A stretch of DNA of 64,000 nt from a virus: the IMG/VR virus record IMGVR_UViG_3300036770_008166, positions 51,247-115,246 of that record; one strand, written 5' to 3'. The notes under the pieces are model-generated. The model was given only the letters and a program-made list of their open reading frames with translations, was not told the DNA's origin and did not search any database. A program made the position numbers and the translations under genes. Positions 54,234 through 60,319 of this stretch are shown here, in pieces. Each line of letters opens with the position of its first letter. Position 1 is the first letter of the stretch.

Positions 54234-55993
54234 TACAGATCCAAGATCTCACAGTCCGAAACTTCATGAGCGTGGGCAATGCTACACAGGCTATCAACTT
54301 TGATCGCAGAGATCTCACGCTGGTGTTGGGCGAGAATCTCGATCTCGGCGGAGACGGATCTAGGAACGGTACAGGCAAAACCACCATCATCAATGCTCTC
54401 AGTTACGCGTTGTATGGTCAAGCACTCACAAACATCCGCCGAGACAATCTCATCAACAAGACCAACGCCAAGAACATGTTGGTCAGTCTGGACTTCTCCG
54501 TGAATGGGCGAGATTACCGGGTAGAGCGAGGTCGCAAGCCCAATGTGTTGCGTCTCTATGTCAACAACGAAGAACAACAGGCCATAGACGATGCACAGGG
54601 CGACAGCCGCGAAACACAGGAGGCCATAGAATCTGTGCTGGGCATGACACACGATATGTTCCGACATATCCTGGCGTTAAACACCTACACTGAACCGTTC
54701 TTGAGCCTCAAGGCCAATGACCAACGTGCTATCATTGAGCAACTGCTGGGCATCACACTACTAAGTGAACGTGCTGAGAAGATCAAAGAACTCAACCGTG
54801 CTACCAAAGATGCTATCAGCCAAGAAGAGATGCGCATCCGTGCTGTGCAGGAAGCCAACAAACGCATCGAAGAGCAGATCGCCAGTCTCGAAAAGCGTCG
54901 CACCTTGTGGCTCAACAAGCAGGCCGAAGATGTCAAAGGATTTGCAGATGCTATCTCTGCATTGGAACACATCGACATCGAGGCCGAAGTGCAAGCGCAC
55001 AGAGATCTCGAACTCTACCACGGACAAAAGAAGCAGATCGACGAGCATCACAAGTGGATACGGCAGATCGATCAAGACAACTCAAAATTAGAAAAAGACA
55101 GTGCCAAACTCAAACGCGACATCGATGCGCTAAAAGAACATCGATGCCATGCCTGTGGTCAAGAACTGCACGATTCAAAGCAAGACGAGATCCTGGCAGA
55201 GAAGCAAAAGAATCTTCAAGAGATTGGCCTGCAACTCTTGGCCAACGACACACAGCGGCATGAGCACCTCAATGAGATCGACGATCTTGGCGAATTGGGT
55301 ACTGCACCCACGGTGTTCTATGACGATCTCGAGCAGGCGCTCAACCACAAGAACAGCCTAGATGGATTGCGCCGAGACCTTGCTAATCGTTCTGCGGAAA
55401 CAGATCCTTATACCGAACAGATTGATGACATGCGTGGGCAAGCCCTCCAGGAAGTCACATACGACACTGTCAACGAACTTACCCGTGTGTTCGAGCATCA
55501 GGACTTCTTATTGAAACTGTTGACCAACAAAGATTCATTCGTTCGCAAGAAGATCATCGAACAGAACTTGAGTTATCTCAATCAGCGTCTCACACACTAT
55601 CTAGACAGGATCGGATTGCCACATCAGGTGATCTTCCAAAACGATCTCACGGTGGAAATTACCGAGTTGGGTAGAGATCTAGACTTTGATAATCTTAGCA
55701 GAGGTGAACGCAATAGATTGATACTATCAATGAGCTGGGCGTTCCGCGATGTATGGGAGAGCCTGTATCATCCTATCAATGTATTGTTTATCGACGAATT
55801 GGTAGATTCTGGGATGGATACACAGGGTGTAGAAAACAGTCTAGCCTTGTTGAAGAAAATGAGCAGGGAACGCAACAAGAGCATTTGGCTTGTTTCGCAC
55901 AGAGATGAGCTGGCTGGGCGTGTAGAAAACATCCTGCGTGTGGTCAAAGAGAATGGATTCACTTCATATAATACGGATATCGATATCGCGTGA
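54230..55993 (+). CDS. gp46: Recombination ATPase (Rad50/SbcC-like)
   Basis: NGTGKTT Walker A, coiled coil with CHAC zinc hook, LSRGE signature, FIDE Walker B, SHR. Confidence 0.93.
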   Translation: MIQIQDLTVRNFMSVGNATQAINFDRRDLTLVLGENLDLGGDGSRNGTGKTTIINALSYALYGQALTNIRRDNLINKTNAKNMLVSLDFSVNGRDYRVERGRKPNVLRLYVNNEEQQAIDDAQGDSRETQEAIESVLGMTHDMFRHILALNTYTEPFLSLKANDQRAIIEQLLGITLLSERAEKIKELNRATKDAISQEEMRIRAVQEANKRIEEQIASLEKRRTLWLNKQAEDVKGFADAISALEHIDIEAEVQAHRDLELYHGQKKQIDEHHKWIRQIDQDNSKLEKDSAKLKRDIDALKEHRCHACGQELHDSKQDEILAEKQKNLQEIGLQLLANDTQRHEHLNEIDDLGELGTAPTVFYDDLEQALNHKNSLDGLRRDLANRSAETDPYTEQIDDMRGQALQEVTYDTVNELTRVFEHQDFLLKLLTNKDSFVRKKIIEQNLSYLNQRLTHYLDRIGLPHQVIFQNDLTVEITELGRDLDFDNLSRGERNRLILSMSWAFRDVWESLYHPINVLFIDELVDSGMDTQGVENSLALLKKMSRERNKSIWLVSHRDELAGRVENILRVVKENGFTSYNTDIDIA

Positions 55994-57018
55994 TAGTCTG
56001 GGACCATTGGCACATCGAACCATCAAGCATCTGTACACTGAAATGTCCTAGATGCCCTAGAGCCGAAGTACCCGAGAGCCTGCTGAATCGACAACTGACT
56101 CTAAAATTTTTTCAAGATCAGATTGGAGCCGACGTCGTGAGTAAAATACGCAAGATCACGTTTTGTGGCAACGATGGTGATCCCATCTACTGTAAAGAAT
56201 TACTGGAAATATGTGTTTGGCTCAAGACCGTGAATCCCGATATCCATCTCGTCATAATCACCAATGGCAGTTATAAAACAACCGAATGGTGGCGTGCGTT
56301 GGGTCGCGTGCTGGATCATCGAGACGAAGTCAACTGGAGTATAGACGGTTGGGATCAAACCAGTAATGAACAGTATCGTGCGAACTGCAATTGGGATTCG
56401 ACCCTGTCAGGCATGCAAGCATTCTGCAAAGTCAATCAGTCTACCTACCGCGTATGGGCCGCTATCGCTTTCCGCTTCAATCAAGATCGATTAGGGGATA
56501 TGCAGGTCATGGCACAAGCATTAGGCATGGATCTGTTCCAGATCACTAAGAGCACCAAGTTTGGTAGCCACTATCCTGAGACCTACGGAGTATCGGATCC
56601 TTTGTGCCCAGATCGTGCGGATCTGGTGAGTTCTACCCATAGATTTGAAAGAGTACTGGAGCCCATAACTGATCGTGCTCGCCCAGGAGAACTGCTCAAA
56701 GAAATTTTCTGGAGCCGAGCACAAGATCTAGATAAACACAAGCAGTATTCAGGTATCTGTCTCATAGGCAACAAAGGTGTATTTCTCAACAGTCAAGGCG
56801 AATTCTATCCCTGTTGTTGGACAGCCAATCGCTACCCTCACAATAGCCGATGGCATGAACAGGCCAAAGAACGTTTCAATCTTTGGTACAGGAATTTCTC
56901 AGACATAATAGCAGATAATTTTTGGCGGACAGAATTTTTGGCGTTTAACAGTCAAGAGTGTGCAACGAAATGCACATCCGACAGATTAAAAGATAGAGAG
57001 CATGTAACAGAATGGTAA
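55990..57018 (+). CDS. Radical SAM protein with C-terminal twitch domain
   Basis: CTLKCPRC, GNDGDP, TNGS, SIDG; C-terminal C...PCCW...CATKC. GTGA overlap with the gp46 stop. Confidence 0.9.
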   Translation: MIVWDHWHIEPSSICTLKCPRCPRAEVPESLLNRQLTLKFFQDQIGADVVSKIRKITFCGNDGDPIYCKELLEICVWLKTVNPDIHLVIITNGSYKTTEWWRALGRVLDHRDEVNWSIDGWDQTSNEQYRANCNWDSTLSGMQAFCKVNQSTYRVWAAIAFRFNQDRLGDMQVMAQALGMDLFQITKSTKFGSHYPETYGVSDPLCPDRADLVSSTHRFERVLEPITDRARPGELLKEIFWSRAQDLDKHKQYSGICLIGNKGVFLNSQGEFYPCCWTANRYPHNSRWHEQAKERFNLWYRNFSDIIADNFWRTEFLAFNSQECATKCTSDRLKDREHVTEW

Positions 57019-57021
57019 TTA
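57014..57021 (+). promoter_or_regulatory. Late promoter variant GGTAATTA
   Basis: TAATTA-CACAGC-ATG, the same geometry as the TAAATA sites before gp25 and the tube-initiator gene. Confidence 0.4.
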
Positions 57022-57027
57022 CACAGC

Positions 57028-57468
57028 ATGACATGGCTGTACGAATCCAACGAAATCACAGCGATACCGGAAGAATATGCCGGGTTTGTGTATCTCATAA
57101 CCAATACACAGACTGGCAGGATGTACATTGGCAAAAAATTATCAAAGTTTAGCAAGACCACATACCGCACAGAGAAACTCAAGAACGGCAAGAAACGACG
57201 CAGAAAAATCAAGGGCAAGATCGAAAGTGACTGGCAGACCTACTATGGATCCAGTCCAGAACTCACCAGAGACGTACAAGCATTAGGCACAGAAAATTTC
57301 CGACGCGAGATATTGTATTACTGCCGAAGCAAGGCTGAATGCAGTTATATAGAGGCTCGAGAACAATTCCGCCGCAGGGTACTTGAATCAGACGAATACT
57401 ACAATGGTCACATACAGGTTCGAGTGCATGGCTCACACATCAAAGGCAAACTAGGCACTAACGGCTAA
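57028..57468 (+). CDS. Stand-alone GIY-YIG-family nuclease-domain protein
   Basis: GFVY-N10-YIG, YYGSS, conserved Glu (YIEAREQ) and YYN; basic insert KLKNGKKRRRKIK; no C-terminal DNA-binding repeats. Confidence 0.8.
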   Translation: MTWLYESNEITAIPEEYAGFVYLITNTQTGRMYIGKKLSKFSKTTYRTEKLKNGKKRRRKIKGKIESDWQTYYGSSPELTRDVQALGTENFRREILYYCRSKAECSYIEAREQFRRRVLESDEYYNGHIQVRVHGSHIKGKLGTNG

Positions 57469-57955
57469 CACCGGCCAACATCGGGTGTCCTAGACCTGGA
57501 TCTCAGATCACAGGGACGGAAGCCTCGCCGCGCCAGCGAGCACTCAACCACTACCCCCCGGGATGACGACGTCTTTAAGACCTGACGTTTGGTTGTTGGA
57601 AAAGGATAACAGGCAAAATGAGAGGAGAAAAACCTCAGGCACTCAATCTGTGATAGCGTATGGATTGTGTGTTGCCGTTGTGATAAGACGGAACGAGCAG
57701 GTACCGGACAACCGCCTGCGATTGCACAAAAAAAATGTGTGGCTAGCCAAAATATTTGGGCTAGTTTGTATAGATTTTTGTGTGAATAGTTCTAACGCTG
57801 TGTGACTGCGCCACTCGGATGATGCAGAATATCTTGGCCCGTTCGCGGGCTAAGTGTGACCACTTGATCTGGATGATACTGCATACTCGCTTCGCTCGTT
57901 TGATTAATATCATCGATGAACGAAGTGACATCGATAGACTTGCGCAGCAAGTCTC
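57469..57955 (+). ncRNA. Candidate ~490-nt structured non-coding element (RNA or ssDNA structure), family unknown
   Basis: The only large gap in a gene-dense window. At least 10 hairpins, several needing G-U pairs on the + strand, a UUCG-capped stem (57833-57854) and two GTGTGAC-N10-GGATGAT units. Confidence 0.6.
57800..57877 (+). repeat. Two direct copies of GTGTGAC-N10-GGATGAT (period 54 nt)
   Basis: 57800-57823 (spacer TGCGCCACTC) and 57854-57877 (spacer CACTTGATCT), separated by the UUCG hairpin. Confidence 0.85.
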
Positions 57956-58288
57956 CTAGAACTGATCGGGCCAGTCTCTCCAAAGTGCGTGTTGAATGTT
58001 TCCTGCAACGAACTGATTGAAACTTTTGTGTTTTTCTTCAAGTTCGCCTTCTAATGGAGCGACACGACGGAATGCCTCGTCCATCTGTGCCATGTCACGG
58101 AACTCCATAATAATAAGCCATTCTGGCATGTCCGCGATGCTGCGGAATCCCATCTTGCAACGCGTGATCCTGTAGCTTTGCATCTTGCCTTCTGAGATCA
58201 AGTGATCAAAGAATTGTTTCATTCCATTGACCCAGTCAATGTCAGAAATGTCGCCTTGTTTGTCAGCCCATATAGTGTAAAGATCCAT
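57956..58288 (-). CDS. Small dimeric alpha/beta-barrel-like protein (DUF6614-like)
   Basis: 110 aa; TRCKMGF...EWLIIMEF...DEAF and ALWRDWPD pattern (family recalled, not searched). Confidence 0.55.
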   Translation of the reverse strand: MDLYTIWADKQGDISDIDWVNGMKQFFDHLISEGKMQSYRITRCKMGFRSIADMPEWLIIMEFRDMAQMDEAFRRVAPLEGELEEKHKSFNQFVAGNIQHALWRDWPDQF

Positions 58289-58723
58289 CTATTTCATCCT
58301 TCCTAAAAGTTCAAAACCTTCGAGATCCAACATGTAAGGTTCTACTGACTCAAAATACATCCAACGGAATCCTCGGTCTCGATATATTGCACATTCGGTT
58401 TCAATGCTGCGGATGCCTAGGCGCAGGCGCGGATCTCGATAATCCCATGCAAAATGATCGCTGAGAATGTTGTCCTTGTCCCAGATCCGGTACATGCTCC
58501 ACGCCACCAAGCGGCCATGATCATGGTAGCCTATGATTTCTGTAGCAGCATCCGTGAGTCGACCTGGTATCATGGGTATCACGCTCTGGAAATGCTTGTG
58601 CAGGCAGTAGTCGCGATAGACACGGAGCACATCATTCACCGGCACCGGCTGCAACAGTTGCCATTCAAGGTCAATCTGATATTGGGTGCGTTCGAGATCT
58701 ATGCGCCCAAATTGCCAACTCAT
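58289..58723 (-). CDS. GNAT-fold protein resembling the C-terminal domain of Arg/Leu-tRNA-protein transferase (ATE/Bpt)
   Basis: GYHDHGRLVAWS...FAWDYRDPRLRLGIRSIETECAIYRDRGFRWMY parallels ATE_C (GkLvAv...yDP...sLG.ys.l.EI..ar..g..y.Y). Confidence 0.6.
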   Translation of the reverse strand: MSWQFGRIDLERTQYQIDLEWQLLQPVPVNDVLRVYRDYCLHKHFQSVIPMIPGRLTDAATEIIGYHDHGRLVAWSMYRIWDKDNILSDHFAWDYRDPRLRLGIRSIETECAIYRDRGFRWMYFESVEPYMLDLEGFELLGRMK

Positions 58724-59217
58724 GATCTTGGATCCGTACGATTTTCAAACAAGATTTTCAAGTAGCTTTCGGGCCAGTCTTGATAGTACCCTTTTTCGGC
58801 CAGCATGCGAGCATGGCTGTCCAACTTGCTCAAGGACTGCACAAACGCTATGGCCCAACGGCCCTGGTTCATGATCACTCCGTTTATCACCTCTGGATCA
58901 TCAGGGTGGTCGGCCAGAGCTATGAGATTCCTGGGCCTAAGAAAACCAGTGTTCACTGTGCGCACTTCGTGATTGAAATCTGCACTGTCAAAATCAGCAG
59001 CATCATACACAAAGGCCAGCACATCAAGATCGCCAATGTCGACGTGCATGAGATCTATGTAAGGTCCAAGTCGTCCGGCCTGGATCTCTAGTTTGTTGTC
59101 TAGGCGTGCCCGACGGGCATAAGGGCACGGTGCCCAACCCGTGAGTTTAGGATGCGGCTGCTCCACGAACGTGGTCAGCCATGTCATAATGTCCTGTCTG
59201 GCCTGTTCGATGTCCAT
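58720..59217 (-). CDS. Hypothetical protein (DUF1415-like CP[FY]A motif)
   Basis: WLTTFVE...PCPYARRA...DHP; coupled to its neighbours. Confidence 0.55.
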   Translation of the reverse strand: MDIEQARQDIMTWLTTFVEQPHPKLTGWAPCPYARRARLDNKLEIQAGRLGPYIDLMHVDIGDLDVLAFVYDAADFDSADFNHEVRTVNTGFLRPRNLIALADHPDDPEVINGVIMNQGRWAIAFVQSLSKLDSHARMLAEKGYYQDWPESYLKILFENRTDPRS

Positions 59218-59220
59218 ACT

Positions 59221-59397
59221 CTAGAACCAAGGTAAGTTGGTTTTCTTTGTTGTGTCTATGTTTTCTTTGGCAAGATCTGATATCATCTTGCGTTCTGCGA
59301 CACTAAGTTGCATAACCTGTTCGTAGGTGATGCCACCGCGCATGTACCAGGCTAATCTTAGACTGTCGCTGCGTATGTTGTTGGCCTCCTGATCCAT
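59221..59397 (-). CDS. gp51-like hub/tail assembly ORF, probably expressed as a -1 frameshift extension of gp26
   Basis: MDQEANNIRSDSLRLAWYMRGGITYEQVMQLSVAERKMISDLAKENIDTTKKTNLPWF; the frame stays open upstream to the TTTTTTC site; no clear SD. Not in the ORF track. Confidence 0.75.
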   Translation of the reverse strand: MDQEANNIRSDSLRLAWYMRGGITYEQVMQLSVAERKMISDLAKENIDTTKKTNLPWF

Positions 59398-59435
59398 GCC
59401 GGTGAGATATTCTTCTATGGCTTCTGCGGACAGGC

Positions 59436-60278
59436 TCAGGAGGCGGGTCCGAAAAAACTTGCGGTGTCAAGATTGATCTGCTGTTCATACTGATGTGAGC
59501 AGCCTTGGCAGGTGATCTGCAAGGGCCGTATTTCGGTCTCCTGTCTCAACTTCACAGCCGTGTCACGGATCTGATCAAACACCTGGCGATCGCAGTTGTT
59601 GAGAAACTCGTCGATGAATTCTGGTTCGGATACTATCGCATCAGGTGTGCGTATGCTGGCCACGCTGTATTTCAGCGCTTCCACAGTGAGCCTCGTGATG
59701 TTTTTCATGACCTGGGCCATCTGATTCAGCTTTTCTTGATCCTCTAGATCTGATTCTGGTATGAGATTGATCATGCGCTGGTTTTCGAACTGCTGCACAT
59801 TGATGCGATTCTGTTGCTCGTAGTCCATGCTGCGGAACACGATTTCCAGATCTCCGTAGTTGACTTTTTGATTGTAGTCTGGACATTTTAGCTGATCAAT
59901 CACGCTCCTGAGATCCAGAGAGTAGTCGTCGGTGTTCTGGCAGGCTGGACAGGTCACACCAACATCGATGTTGTGGCCATAGCTGGCGATGCGTATGGCC
60001 ACGAAAACCGCTGTAAGATCCACTGTGGGTATCGACCAGGCATTCTTGATGGCCGGAATGCAGCTCTGGATCACATCTATCACGGCCTGGCCACTGAACA
60101 AGGCATCTGGCGTGCGATAGGTTATTTCGTCCACTGCGGTCATGGGATACACCGGCAGTTCACGATTTTGCGGCATTTCCAGCGCGCCATCTTTCCAGAA
60201 ACGCCCATCGCTGGGCAGTCTGAGATAGATCGCAGGCTGTCGGAAATAGCGCTGCAGAGGGTTGATGTTCTGGGTCAT
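59436..60278 (-). CDS. gp26: Baseplate hub assembly protein/tail chaperone, gp26-like
   Basis: LPSDG, VYPMTAVDE, DLTAVFVAIRIASYG, CPAC, CQGC and a C-terminal SFF. Confidence 0.8.
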   Translation of the reverse strand: MTQNINPLQRYFRQPAIYLRLPSDGRFWKDGALEMPQNRELPVYPMTAVDEITYRTPDALFSGQAVIDVIQSCIPAIKNAWSIPTVDLTAVFVAIRIASYGHNIDVGVTCPACQNTDDYSLDLRSVIDQLKCPDYNQKVNYGDLEIVFRSMDYEQQNRINVQQFENQRMINLIPESDLEDQEKLNQMAQVMKNITRLTVEALKYSVASIRTPDAIVSEPEFIDEFLNNCDRQVFDQIRDTAVKLRQETEIRPLQITCQGCSHQYEQQINLDTASFFGPAS

Positions 60279-60281
60279 AGT

Positions 60282-60313
60282 GCACCTATAAATATAATTC
60301 TACTTATAGGTGC
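60282..60313. promoter_or_regulatory. Palindromic pair of face-to-face late promoters (TATAAATA on +, TATAAGTA on -)
   Basis: GCACCTATAAATA-N6-TACTTATAGGTGC, a 12/13 inverted repeat filling the gap between the divergent gp26 and tape-measure genes. Confidence 0.8.
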
Positions 60314-60319
60314 GTTTAC

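Noticed and set aside
57800-57877. CRISPR or bona fide TIGR array
   Set aside because: Only two units, 7-nt constant parts and no cas or Nop-domain gene in the window; kept only as a motif finding.
57936-57954. Rho-independent terminator
   Set aside because: Perfect 8-bp stem but no U-tract on either strand.
57028-57955. Group I/II intron carrying a GIY-YIG ORF, or tmRNA/RNase P/tRNA
   Set aside because: No interrupted host gene (the flanking genes are complete and convergent), and I could not find P7/R-S or domain V consensus, tRNA-like ends or the RNase P core by eye. A cmscan run is still needed to exclude these formally.
57563-57983. ORFs 57563-57805 (+) and 57792-57983 (-) in the non-coding gap
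   Set aside because: Short, no SD, no motifs, and they run through strong hairpins; a structured non-coding element explains the region better.
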